Below, piece after piece: positions 28,550 to 37,707 of a stretch of 64,000 bases of DNA (position 1 is the stretch's first letter; each line of letters begins with the position of its first letter). Under the pieces are notes generated by a model. The model was given only the letters and a program-made list of their open reading frames with translations, had not been told where the DNA came from and searched no databases. Position numbers and translations under genes: made by a program. The DNA comes from Candidatus Heimdallarchaeota archaeon (GTDB lineage: Archaea > Asgardarchaeota > Heimdallarchaeia > Heimdallarchaeales > Heimdallarchaeaceae), in assembly GCA_016839945.1 (NCBI GenBank), contig JAEOTE010000090.1, positions 3,414-67,413 on the forward strand, in the 5' to 3' direction.

Positions 28550-28657
28550 TAAAATATCAATGAAAGGATGTTTTTAATAGTTTTTCAATTTGAAGACAAA
28601 ACTTTTCTATTTTAGGTGAAATACAATGTTAAATAATAAGAAAATGTGAAAAATTAA

Positions 28658-29950
28658 ATGACTAAATCCAATTTTTTCAATATAGTCAACTTCTTTCCTT
28701 ATCTAAAGTATAGAGAAAATATTCTAGAAGTAAAAGAAAAAACAGTTAATGAAATTATTCAAGAGTATCCAACACCGTTATTTCTTTTTATTCCAGATCG
28801 TTTTGAACAAAATTATAAGGAAATTAAAACAAACCTCAACAAATTCGTTCCAAACCTTTTTGTTACTTATGCAATGAAAGCAAATTATCTAGGAAGAGTC
28901 TTGAGACAAACCAAACAATTAGGTCTTGGAATAGAAATAATGTCATTTTTTGAAATTTTACTAGCTGAAAAAGCTGGTTTTAGTTATGATAATTTTGTTT
29001 TTAATGGACCGGCTAAAACAGCTGCAGAATTAGAACACACTATACAGAGGGGTATAAAATACCTCAATGTTGATTCTTTAAACGAACTTAAATTAATCGA
29101 AGAAATTGCTAAAAAGAAAAATATCCAACAATCAATAACAGTTAGAATTCACCCACAATTAAGTGAGAATACAGAAAGGAGATTACTGATTAAGAAAAAC
29201 AGTAAGCTTGGAATAGATTACTCAAGAGGAATAAAACTGTTTGAATATGCAAAGAGAAGTACCAACCTTAATCCTACAGGCGTTCATATCCACGTAGGAA
29301 CAAATATAGTTTCTCATGATTTTTATGACGAATTGTTAGTTTTTGTTAATGATTATATTAATGATTTAGAAAATAGAAAAGGAATTCAGATTCAGGAAAT
29401 TAATCTAGGTGGTGGTTTAGCTAGCAAATCAAAGCTAGATGAAAACGGTTTTAGTTTTGAAAAATTGGGAAAGCAAATCAACACTAACATTGATAATATA
29501 AAGGACAAAATGGTAATCTTTGAACCAGGACGATATCTGGTAGAGGACAGTTTTATTGCTATTACAAGAGTTCTTAGAAGCAAAAAATCATGGGGTCGAA
29601 AATGGGCTTTTGTAGATATTGGTGCAAATTCACTAATACCTATGCGATATTCAGAATATAGGATTATACCATCACATTACAAAGGGAAGGGACAGTATTG
29701 CAATATAGGTGGTCCTTTGTGTTTACCTGTTGATGTAATTACAAGTGAAGCAGTGGACTTCGAAATAGAGGAAGAGGATTTACTTGTTGTACTAAATTGT
29801 GGTGCTTATACTTTATCAATGAGTGAACAATTTGGATATCCTCGACCTGCTGTTTATGAGCTAGAAAATGATGGTGTTATTAAACTTCTAAAACCTTCAG
29901 ATGATATAGATCAAATGGTGAAAGACTCTTTTTGGTCTGAAAAAACATAA
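28658..29950 (+). CDS. type III PLP-dependent decarboxylase (Orn/DAP/Arg decarboxylase family)
   Basis: 430 aa. YAMKAN (PLP Lys), HIHVGTN, NLGGGL, FEPGRYLV, GGPLCLPVD and CGAYT motifs. Confidence 0.8.
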   Translation: MTKSNFFNIVNFFPYLKYRENILEVKEKTVNEIIQEYPTPLFLFIPDRFEQNYKEIKTNLNKFVPNLFVTYAMKANYLGRVLRQTKQLGLGIEIMSFFEILLAEKAGFSYDNFVFNGPAKTAAELEHTIQRGIKYLNVDSLNELKLIEEIAKKKNIQQSITVRIHPQLSENTERRLLIKKNSKLGIDYSRGIKLFEYAKRSTNLNPTGVHIHVGTNIVSHDFYDELLVFVNDYINDLENRKGIQIQEINLGGGLASKSKLDENGFSFEKLGKQINTNIDNIKDKMVIFEPGRYLVEDSFIAITRVLRSKKSWGRKWAFVDIGANSLIPMRYSEYRIIPSHYKGKGQYCNIGGPLCLPVDVITSEAVDFEIEEEDLLVVLNCGAYTLSMSEQFGYPRPAVYELENDGVIKLLKPSDDIDQMVKDSFWSEKT

Positions 29951-29970
29951 TTTTAGTTTTAGGGGCAACC

Positions 29971-30504
29971 TTGGTGGAGATATCTTTGAAAACAATTGAA
30001 GAAAGATTGAAAATATGTGCAGAACAATGCGGTAGTAAATGTTGTAAAAGCACTCAACCTGTATTAAGTTCGGAAGATTTTATGAGGATCAAATCCAATA
30101 CTGATAAAATTGATTGGTTTGAGGAAATAGAAGAAAACAATGAAATAATTCGATTAATTAGTAAAAAAAGAGAAAATAATGATTGCATATTTCTGACAAA
30201 CAAGGGAAGGTGTGAAATATATGAATATCGTCCATTAGATTGTATTTTATTTCCAATTTTTCTTAAGATTAAAGAGAGAGAACCACGTAAATACAATATT
30301 AGATGGTTAGTTTGGTATTGCCTACTATCAGAAAACGTTGGTATAGACACCTTGAAGCTTGAATCTAGAGGATTAGTGAAAAACTATCTTTCATCGAAAC
30401 CTCAGTATATTTTTGAATATCAAACTGCAATGTATAAGTCAGGAGGATATAAGAAAAAACATTTCTTGGAAGAAGAAAACTTAACTATAGGTAATCAAGA
30501 GTGA
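29971..30504 (+). CDS. YkgJ-family cysteine-cluster protein (putative Zn/Fe-chelating domain)
   Basis: 177 aa. CAEQCGSKCCKS ... CIFL..KGRCEIYEYRPLDCILFP is the C-x-x-C-x-x-CC family pattern. TTG/GTG start. Confidence 0.65.
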   Translation: MVEISLKTIEERLKICAEQCGSKCCKSTQPVLSSEDFMRIKSNTDKIDWFEEIEENNEIIRLISKKRENNDCIFLTNKGRCEIYEYRPLDCILFPIFLKIKEREPRKYNIRWLVWYCLLSENVGIDTLKLESRGLVKNYLSSKPQYIFEYQTAMYKSGGYKKKHFLEEENLTIGNQE

Positions 30505-31502
30505 TAAAGATGAGTTCCATTTCTGTATTAATACCTACATTCAACAATGAAACCACCATAAGAGAATGTCTTCAATCAATCTCTAAACAAACATTGAAAC
30601 CTACTGAAATCATTGTAATAGATGGTCACTCAATAGACAAAACTGTTGATATTGCAAAAGAATTTGAATGTAAAGTATTGTTTGAACAAGGGGGATCACG
30701 TGCAGCAGCTTGTAATGTTGGAGTCCCACAATCAGAAGGGGAACTTATTGTTTTCATTGATGCTGATGCGATAGCAAAGGAGGATTGGTTAGAAAATATA
30801 GTAAATGCATTTGAAGCACCTCATTCGACTCAAGTTGCATGTGTAACTGGTCCAAATATTGAGTATCCAAATGAATCTTTTTTTGGAAAAGCAGTTAGTT
30901 CAGTCTATAATACATTCATTGGAGGGAATTGGACTGAGCACATTCAAAGTATCTTCAATGAGAACAAAAGATATGTGCAAAGCGCTGCAGGATGCAATGC
31001 GGCTTACATTCGAAAACATCTTGAAGAAGTTATGCCTTTTAATGAAAACCTTCTTACAACAGAAGATACAGATATCAATTATCGTTTGTTACTCAAGGGA
31101 TATGCAATTTATTTTGAGCCCAATGCAATAGTCTACCACCAACGTCCTCAAACGCATAAAGCATATAGAAAGAAAGCTAAAAAATATGCAATTGGGAAAG
31201 TTCAGTTTTTCCGAGTTCATAAAACAGGATTAAATCTTGGTCACTTGTTTCCTCCTCTCTATTTCATCACAGGAATTTTCCTTATACTTTCAATTTTTGC
31301 AAATTACTGGATAGGGGTAGGTATTGCTGGATATTTTAGCATGTATCTGCTTTCAGTTTTAATTGCATCAATTGTTCAATCAATCCGTTATAAGGAGTGG
31401 AAATATCTTTTCATTTTACCTATTATGTTCTTTGAAGGTCATTTATGGTGGAGCTTTGGGATCCTACAAGAAATCTTCTTACCAATTAAAAAAAGTGGAT
31501 AG
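30501..31502 (+). CDS. GT2-family glycosyltransferase with C-terminal TM segments
   Basis: 333 aa. VLIPTFNNETTI, IDGHSIDKT and FIDADA (DxD) motifs. The likely true start is the ATG at 30510. Confidence 0.8.
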   Translation: MIKMSSISVLIPTFNNETTIRECLQSISKQTLKPTEIIVIDGHSIDKTVDIAKEFECKVLFEQGGSRAAACNVGVPQSEGELIVFIDADAIAKEDWLENIVNAFEAPHSTQVACVTGPNIEYPNESFFGKAVSSVYNTFIGGNWTEHIQSIFNENKRYVQSAAGCNAAYIRKHLEEVMPFNENLLTTEDTDINYRLLLKGYAIYFEPNAIVYHQRPQTHKAYRKKAKKYAIGKVQFFRVHKTGLNLGHLFPPLYFITGIFLILSIFANYWIGVGIAGYFSMYLLSVLIASIVQSIRYKEWKYLFILPIMFFEGHLWWSFGILQEIFLPIKKSG

Positions 31503-31504
31503 AC

Positions 31505-32722
31505 ATGCCATTAAACATTGCAATGTTATTTGAGTTAGGACCAGACGATAATGGAAGAATAGGCGGTGGGGTTGAATTGCATGCTACAAACCTATCTAAG
31601 GAACTAACTAAAAGAGGGCATAAAGTAACATACATAACTGGTGCTGTACCAAACTGTGATAATGAAACAATAATTGAGGGAGTTAAGTATAAAAGAATAG
31701 ATTTTTGTTCATTTATCAGAAAGGCTTACAATCCACAACATCTAAACTTTTCAAGGCAACTATTTTTCTTAATTAAAAATAGAATCTCATCTCTAAATAG
31801 AATAGTTGGTAATGAAGATTTTGATATTTTTCATGGGCATGTTTACTCATCTGGTTTGTCTGCTAGCCATTTAGCAAGAAAAACGAAAAGTGCATTTGTA
31901 AACACCGTACATGGTTCTTATTACAAATACTGGGATCAAATCACAAAAAATCGTCTATCTTCGAGCATTTACAAACTGATGGAAAGACAAATTGTCCCTT
32001 TTTTAGTTAAGAAATGTAAATATCAAATACACACAGATTATGATTTTGCAGAATTGGTAAAAGGTTGGATTAAACCGAGAATGAAATCAAAGATTACTAC
32101 AATACTTAATGGTGTAGATGTTAAACGATTTAATCCACAAATCAAAAAAAATTCAGAATTAGGAAATGAGAAAGGACCGTTAATAATTACTACTCGACGT
32201 TTGGTTACCAAGAATGGTGTAATTTACCTAGTTAAAGGTTTTAAAGAGGTATTGAAGAAGTTTCCAAATGCTAAACTATTTATTATTGGAGATGGTCCTG
32301 AAAAAGAAAGAATCAGAAAAGAAATACAAACTCAGAAAATTAAGACTAGTACTCGATTAATTGGAATGATACCAAACAATGAAATTCCAACATATTTAGC
32401 AGCTGCAGATATTGTTGTTGTTCCTAGTATTGTAGAAGCATCTAGTATTAGTGTTTTAGAAGCTATGGCCATGAAACTACCTATCGTTGCTTCAGATATC
32501 CCTGGAATAAGAGAAATTACAAATTTTGGTGAAAATTGCGTTTTAGTTCCGTCAAAAGACCCTAAATCAATAGCAGAAGGGATATTGAGATTATTGAATT
32601 CCAAAGAAGAATCAGAAAAACTTGCTAATTCGGGATATCAAGAAGTTTTACAAAATTATACTTGGGAGAAGAAAGCTAAAGAAATTGAACAAATATACTA
32701 TAATGCGTTAGATGGAAAATGA
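31505..32722 (+). CDS. GT4-family glycosyltransferase
   Basis: 405 aa. GGVELHATNLSKEL, and VPSIVEASSISVLEAMAMKLPIVASDIPG. Confidence 0.8.
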   Translation: MPLNIAMLFELGPDDNGRIGGGVELHATNLSKELTKRGHKVTYITGAVPNCDNETIIEGVKYKRIDFCSFIRKAYNPQHLNFSRQLFFLIKNRISSLNRIVGNEDFDIFHGHVYSSGLSASHLARKTKSAFVNTVHGSYYKYWDQITKNRLSSSIYKLMERQIVPFLVKKCKYQIHTDYDFAELVKGWIKPRMKSKITTILNGVDVKRFNPQIKKNSELGNEKGPLIITTRRLVTKNGVIYLVKGFKEVLKKFPNAKLFIIGDGPEKERIRKEIQTQKIKTSTRLIGMIPNNEIPTYLAAADIVVVPSIVEASSISVLEAMAMKLPIVASDIPGIREITNFGENCVLVPSKDPKSIAEGILRLLNSKEESEKLANSGYQEVLQNYTWEKKAKEIEQIYYNALDGK

Positions 32723-33606
32723 TCACTGAAACAAATTTCTGTTTAAGAGTTGATGTAGATACCTTTGAAGGTCTGAAGTATGGGATACCAAAAATCATAC
32801 GACTTTCAAAAGAACTAGATTTTCCAGTGACTATTTATCTAAGCTTAGGAAAATTTGCAACAGGCAGAAACATTTTCAGAATTATAAAAACTAGAAAAAA
32901 CGTTCAACTAAACATACAAGGTTTTAAACGAAATTATAAGCGAAGTTTAGTTCGAGGTTTAATTCTACCCTCCAAAACAATAGGGAGTAAAGAGAAAGAG
33001 TTATTGAATACCTACACCAAAGATGAATTATTAGAATTTCATCCACATGGTTTTAATCATATTAAATGGTCATCAAATTTTGATAATTTTTCTTATGAAA
33101 AAACAGAAGAATACATTGAAGCTATAATAAATGATTATGAGTTAATATTTAACAAAAAACCAACCGCAAATGCAGCACCTAATTTTCAAACAAATAACCA
33201 TTATTTCAAATTATTAAGAAAACTAGGTTTTGATTTCTCTTCTGATTTTTATAAAATGCCACCATTCAATTTGGAAATTGATAAAACAAAAAAGAATTCA
33301 AAATCTTGCGAAATCACACAGTTAACAGTCACAGAACCAACAATTGAGGAGCTACTTCTAAAGGGAAAATCTATAGATCAAATTAAAAACACATATGAAA
33401 AAACGTTTGAAGGATATGTAGATCAAGAGGTAGATTATGTTTGTATGTATGTCCATTCTGTTTTTGAGCCTATAAGATTAGAGAAGGTGTTGCATGAAAT
33501 ATGTCAATTGACATACAAACTAGATATGAAACCATCAACCCATAGTAATTTCTATAAAAAAGTAAAAGAACTACCAAAAATAAAATATTCAGAATTACCA
33601 AAGTGA
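32719..33606 (+). CDS. polysaccharide deacetylase family protein (ArnD-like)
   Basis: 295 aa. The N-terminal FCLRVDVDTFEGLKYGIPKIIRLSKELDFPVTIYLSLG resembles ArnD/NodB-type deacetylases. ATGA overlap with the upstream GT4 gene. Confidence 0.55.
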   Translation: MITETNFCLRVDVDTFEGLKYGIPKIIRLSKELDFPVTIYLSLGKFATGRNIFRIIKTRKNVQLNIQGFKRNYKRSLVRGLILPSKTIGSKEKELLNTYTKDELLEFHPHGFNHIKWSSNFDNFSYEKTEEYIEAIINDYELIFNKKPTANAAPNFQTNNHYFKLLRKLGFDFSSDFYKMPPFNLEIDKTKKNSKSCEITQLTVTEPTIEELLLKGKSIDQIKNTYEKTFEGYVDQEVDYVCMYVHSVFEPIRLEKVLHEICQLTYKLDMKPSTHSNFYKKVKELPKIKYSELPK

Positions 33607-33613
33607 GTAAACC

Positions 33614-34762
33614 ATGGATGACAAATCTGTATGTCTCATGACACAAGAATACAGAAGAGGAGCTACTTGGATTTATTGCTATAACTTAGCTAAAGAGTTT
33701 AATAGAGAAAATGAATGGAAAGCTCAAGTAATTTCAGCTCTAAAGAAGAAACAGAAAGAAGTTTTTTCAGATTTAGATGCTCTAAAATTAATAAAAACAT
33801 CATCTTCAAAATATTTTTACTCTAGAAATTATTGGAGAAAATCCAGAGCATTAGTTAATCAAATTGATCCTACAATAGTGCATGGAAACATGAATATGCT
33901 TTCTTCACTTGGAATTAAAGAGGACTATCCAATTGTTGAAACAATTCATACAACTTTTAGTAGAGAAAAAATGGGAACAATTGGTATGCCTTTTCAATCT
34001 TTGACTTGGGTTGAAAAAAGAGTCGTACTGTTATATAAACTCTTGAAAAGAAAAGAAACTCAACTTTTACAAAGAGCAAAACACCTCATAGCTGTAAGTG
34101 ATGCCATAAAAGAAGAGTTAATTGAAAAGTATTCTATGAACTCTGATAAAATAACTACTATACCTAATGGAGTAGATATTGATACACATCACAAAACAGA
34201 CGAAAAGATATATGAAAAAAATGAAGACGAGTTTATACTAGGTTTTCTGGGAAGAATGACAATAGGAAAAGGTGCAAAGTTACTTCTTCCTATATTAAAG
34301 AAAGTAAAAAAAGAGATTCCTAATGTTAAATTACTAACTGCTGGTGACGATTTAAACACAAAAGTAGAGATTATTCAGTTAATTCATGATTATGGTTTGA
34401 GCAAAAATATCATAGATTTTGGATATATTTATGACATACAAAAGAAGAATTCCTTTTTTAGTTCTCTAGACATTTTTCTATTGCCTTCAAGTCATGAAGG
34501 GATGAATCTAACACTTCTAGAATCACTGGCTTGTGAAACTCCAGTACTTACAACAAAAGAAGCTATCACTTTTGAACATAACAATACTTTCGTTACTACA
34601 ACTAGAAACGTAAAAGACATTGTAGATAAAATAATTGAACTTTATAATAATCCAAATACTTTGGACAAAATAAGAAATAAGTCAAGATCCGTTGCTGAAA
34701 AATATACTTGGAAGAACACTACAATGTTAACTAAAAGAGTATATGATGATGTGTTAAACTAG
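33614..34762 (+). CDS. GT4-family glycosyltransferase
   Basis: 382 aa. FLGRMTIGKGA, and LPSSHEGMNLTLLESLACETPVLTT. Confidence 0.8.
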   Translation: MDDKSVCLMTQEYRRGATWIYCYNLAKEFNRENEWKAQVISALKKKQKEVFSDLDALKLIKTSSSKYFYSRNYWRKSRALVNQIDPTIVHGNMNMLSSLGIKEDYPIVETIHTTFSREKMGTIGMPFQSLTWVEKRVVLLYKLLKRKETQLLQRAKHLIAVSDAIKEELIEKYSMNSDKITTIPNGVDIDTHHKTDEKIYEKNEDEFILGFLGRMTIGKGAKLLLPILKKVKKEIPNVKLLTAGDDLNTKVEIIQLIHDYGLSKNIIDFGYIYDIQKKNSFFSSLDIFLLPSSHEGMNLTLLESLACETPVLTTKEAITFEHNNTFVTTTRNVKDIVDKIIELYNNPNTLDKIRNKSRSVAEKYTWKNTTMLTKRVYDDVLN

Positions 34763-34783
34763 CTAGCATATACTCTTTCGATT

Positions 34784-35785
34784 TTAAGCTTCTTCTTCTG
34801 TAATTTCAGGAGAAGATGCTTCATCTTGTTTTTTGGGTTTTTTCTTTTCCCCTATTGGTAGAATAAATAGCCAGAATATTGGCACCCAAAGAATTAGGAA
34901 AGCATATCCAAGATAATCGTGTATTGGTCCAGCAATAGACCAATCTTTAAAGTAGAAAATGACAACTATAATCAATACACGAATCAGATTTACAATATAA
35001 GTTCCCACTATTCCTATTAAAGCCACTAAAGCGGTTCTATAATTCCACTTCAATCTTTTTCTTGCTTCAAATAGCATAAGCAGAAAAATTGCTAGAAAAA
35101 TAGTAAGAGAGTGAATGCCACTGCATCTAGCATCTACGCCTATACTTTTTGTCCCGTTAGGACTATTAAAAGTAAGTAATGTCATTCCTATGCCCTCATC
35201 CCAATTCGCACTTAGAACATTTAAACCAAACAATTTTGCTAATCCAGCAGTAGCTGAACCTGTTAGTTTTGTTAACCATTCAGCTACAGATAGTTTGAAG
35301 AGATGTTCATCTATTCCTGAATAAATCAAAGTGTAAAAAATGGCAGTCAATAAAACCATGTAAAGTCCTGGTGATCTGTACTTTCTAAAAAAAGAGTCAT
35401 CCCATGTTAGATAAAAAAGTGCAATTAAGGCAAAAACCAATGCTAACGGAACAAGCAAATTCACAGAAATCTGTGAATTGACGAATATTATTGCATACTC
35501 AAAGTGTCTATATCTTTCAAATAAAATATAGAAATAGACAACAAAACCTATTAAAATAAATGAAATGCTATATCTTAAGATTCGTTTTTTTAGTATAGTA
35601 GTTACTGGTGAGATATAATTTGTAAACTCATCATACTTTTCTTTTGTTTTTGATTTTAGTGTACTAGTTTTTTCCTTCACTCGGTGTAAAAAGGTATCAG
35701 ATTCATTTTTTTGTTCTTTTTTTGATCCAGTAGAATCAAGAACCTCAGGAGTGTCTTCTAAATCCTTTTTATTCAACATCCACAC
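34784..35785 (-). CDS. archaeosortase/exosortase family protein
   Basis: 333 aa, multi-TM. GVDARCSGIHSLTIF (catalytic Cys motif), downstream NLIRVLI (Arg) and GPIHDYLGY (His). N-terminal charged extension of about 70 aa. Confidence 0.7.
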   Translation of the reverse strand: MWMLNKKDLEDTPEVLDSTGSKKEQKNESDTFLHRVKEKTSTLKSKTKEKYDEFTNYISPVTTILKKRILRYSISFILIGFVVYFYILFERYRHFEYAIIFVNSQISVNLLVPLALVFALIALFYLTWDDSFFRKYRSPGLYMVLLTAIFYTLIYSGIDEHLFKLSVAEWLTKLTGSATAGLAKLFGLNVLSANWDEGIGMTLLTFNSPNGTKSIGVDARCSGIHSLTIFLAIFLLMLFEARKRLKWNYRTALVALIGIVGTYIVNLIRVLIIVVIFYFKDWSIAGPIHDYLGYAFLILWVPIFWLFILPIGEKKKPKKQDEASSPEITEEEA

Positions 35786-35913
35786 CAGATTTATTTTATG
35801 TCATTGACTTAAATGGAATTGTGATAATCTTCATATGATTCTCTCTCTCTTTGTTAAATCTAACGTTATTTCAAAGACAAAAAAAAGTTGGAGGGAATTG
35901 ATTTTTCTAAGTT

Positions 35914-36123
35914 TTAGTCATCTTCGAAAATTATGTTATTGTAAGCAAAATCCACATTTGGAAATTTGAAATCTGTAGATTGCTTAGCAGCATAATGTTC
36001 TCTGTAAAAATCCCTTAAAGCAAGCCTTATTGCCTCTGACCTAGATGCATATTTCCCCTGCAGAACCATTTCGTCTAGTATTTCGACAAATTCACTCGGT
36101 AGTCTGATTGAAATTAGATTCAT
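35914..36123 (-). CDS. CopG/NikR-type ribbon-helix-helix protein
   Basis: 69 aa. MNLISIRLPSEFVEILDEMVLQGKYASRSEAIRLALRDF. Paralog of 21198..21353. Confidence 0.65.
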   Translation of the reverse strand: MNLISIRLPSEFVEILDEMVLQGKYASRSEAIRLALRDFYREHYAAKQSTDFKFPNVDFAYNNIIFEDD

Positions 36124-36267
36124 ATATTCACCCCAAGGACAAAATCCTATTTTGAATCACTTAAAGCTATATGTTTTGTCACATTTATACATTTGTAACA
36201 CAATTGCTTGTATAGAATTTTGTGTTGTACCCTCGCTCGATGATTTTCTATTTAAGGTTTGCCCAAG

Positions 36268-36297
36268 TTTCGACAAAAAACAAAAAAATTTCGACAA
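36268..36297. repeat. direct repeat TTTCGACAA x2, 21-bp register
   Basis: TTTCGACAA occurs at 36268..36276 and 36289..36297, separated by an A-rich tract. On the minus strand this reads TTGTCGAAA with oligo-T runs, just 3' of gene 36337..36906 and about 150 nt upstream of RHH gene 35914..36123. Confidence 0.4.
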
Positions 36298-36336
36298 GAG
36301 AAGAAAAATAGTTGAGCTTCTTGAATAAAAATAGAA

Positions 36337-36906
36337 TCAAAGAATGATTTCTTTATTACACTCTTCACAAGAGAGCTTTGTTCCTTTGGGTAAAATGCTA
36401 GTTGTTTTCTTAGCAACATTCCCACAGTAACAAACATAACCGTTAAGTCTTGCTGGATTACCAAAGACAAGTGCAAAGGAAGGTACATCTTTGGATACCA
36501 AACTTCCTGCCCCTATCATTGAATGATCTCCTATTGTAAGACCGCAGATTACTGTAGAATTTGCTCCTATGGAAGCACCTTCTTTTACTAGTGTTTTAAT
36601 TAATTCCCAATCTTGATTTGTGGCTCGTGGTAGAAGATCATTTGTGAAGCATACATGAGGACCAACAAAAACATCATCCTCAATAGTAACACCTTGATAT
36701 ATCGAAACAAAATTTTGCACTTTTACATTATTCCCTATAGAGACATTAGCATCTATGAAGACGGACTTACCAAAAATACAGTTTTTACCGATCTTTGCTC
36801 CTGTTCTTACTTGAACCTGATGCCAGATTTTTGTATTATCTCCTATTGTAACATTGTCTTCTATGAATGCTGTAGGGTGCGCAAAATAATTCTTATCTTC
36901 ACTCAT
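36337..36906 (-). CDS. hexapeptide-repeat (LbH) sugar N-acetyltransferase, WbpD/WlbB-like, with C-terminal zinc ribbon
   Basis: 189 aa. AHPTAFIEDNVTIGDNTKIWHQVQVRTGAKIGKNCIFGKSVFIDANVSIGNNVKVQNFVSIYQGVTIEDDVFVGP has hexapeptide periodicity. C-terminus has CYCG...CEEC. Confidence 0.75.
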   Translation of the reverse strand: MSEDKNYFAHPTAFIEDNVTIGDNTKIWHQVQVRTGAKIGKNCIFGKSVFIDANVSIGNNVKVQNFVSIYQGVTIEDDVFVGPHVCFTNDLLPRATNQDWELIKTLVKEGASIGANSTVICGLTIGDHSMIGAGSLVSKDVPSFALVFGNPARLNGYVCYCGNVAKKTTSILPKGTKLSCEECNKEIIL

Positions 36907-36949
36907 AAATCTTTGAAAGTAATAAGAAATAATAAAGTTTGCTTCTATC

Positions 36950-37621
36950 TTAAATTAAGAAGTAAAATAACATTACAGCGATATAGGCTAATCCACTGGC
37001 AAAAAAGCCAATAGACTTAGGAGTTTCGTGTTCAGCACTTAAACCAATCGCAATCATTATGTGTGAGTACAGAAACGTTGTTGGAACAAGGATTGTGTCT
37101 GCAATTTTATACCCCCATGTTGCAGTATTAAAAGCTTCAAAGATATTGAAATCAGCAACATCAGTTTGGATTACAACCTCTGGTTGAGTTGCAGCAATAG
37201 CTAATAATACTAGTACTCCAACAACTACAGGAATTTGTGAGATACAATAAATGGAGAGTGTTTTAAGATATTTCCCCTTTCCTCCCAAGTATCTTAATAA
37301 TCCATATAGAATCGTTGCCCATATGAGTATTTGAGGGGCGGTGGATGTTAGAATCCCAACAAGAAAACTCTCTTTTACACTTGCTACTTCACTTTCGATT
37401 ACTGGATTAAATTCTATTTTGTTGAATAATAAAAAGAAATTGCCAACCTTTATTCCTGTTAGGACAAATACTATGATTAGAGGAACTACAATTAGATAGG
37501 AATTTGTCATTCCTTTGAAACTACTGGAATCTAATAAATGGTGCCCAACTAACCTTCTAAAGGGAGCGGTTTTGTAAGGATTGTAAAAACCGCTTTCCTC
37601 ATCACCTAATTCTACATTCAT
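36950..37621 (-). CDS. polytopic membrane protein, possibly Yip1-domain family
   Basis: 223 aa with 5 hydrophobic spans after a short cytoplasmic N-terminus. The Yip1 assignment rests on general architecture only. Confidence 0.35.
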   Translation of the reverse strand: MNVELGDEESGFYNPYKTAPFRRLVGHHLLDSSSFKGMTNSYLIVVPLIIVFVLTGIKVGNFFLLFNKIEFNPVIESEVASVKESFLVGILTSTAPQILIWATILYGLLRYLGGKGKYLKTLSIYCISQIPVVVGVLVLLAIAATQPEVVIQTDVADFNIFEAFNTATWGYKIADTILVPTTFLYSHIMIAIGLSAEHETPKSIGFFASGLAYIAVMLFYFLI

Positions 37622-37707
37622 CTGTTCATATTGCCACTGAACATGTTAAAAATGTTCTTTTATGTTGATTTTTGGTTGTTAAAGTAAGAAAGAAAAATAC
37701 TACGAAA

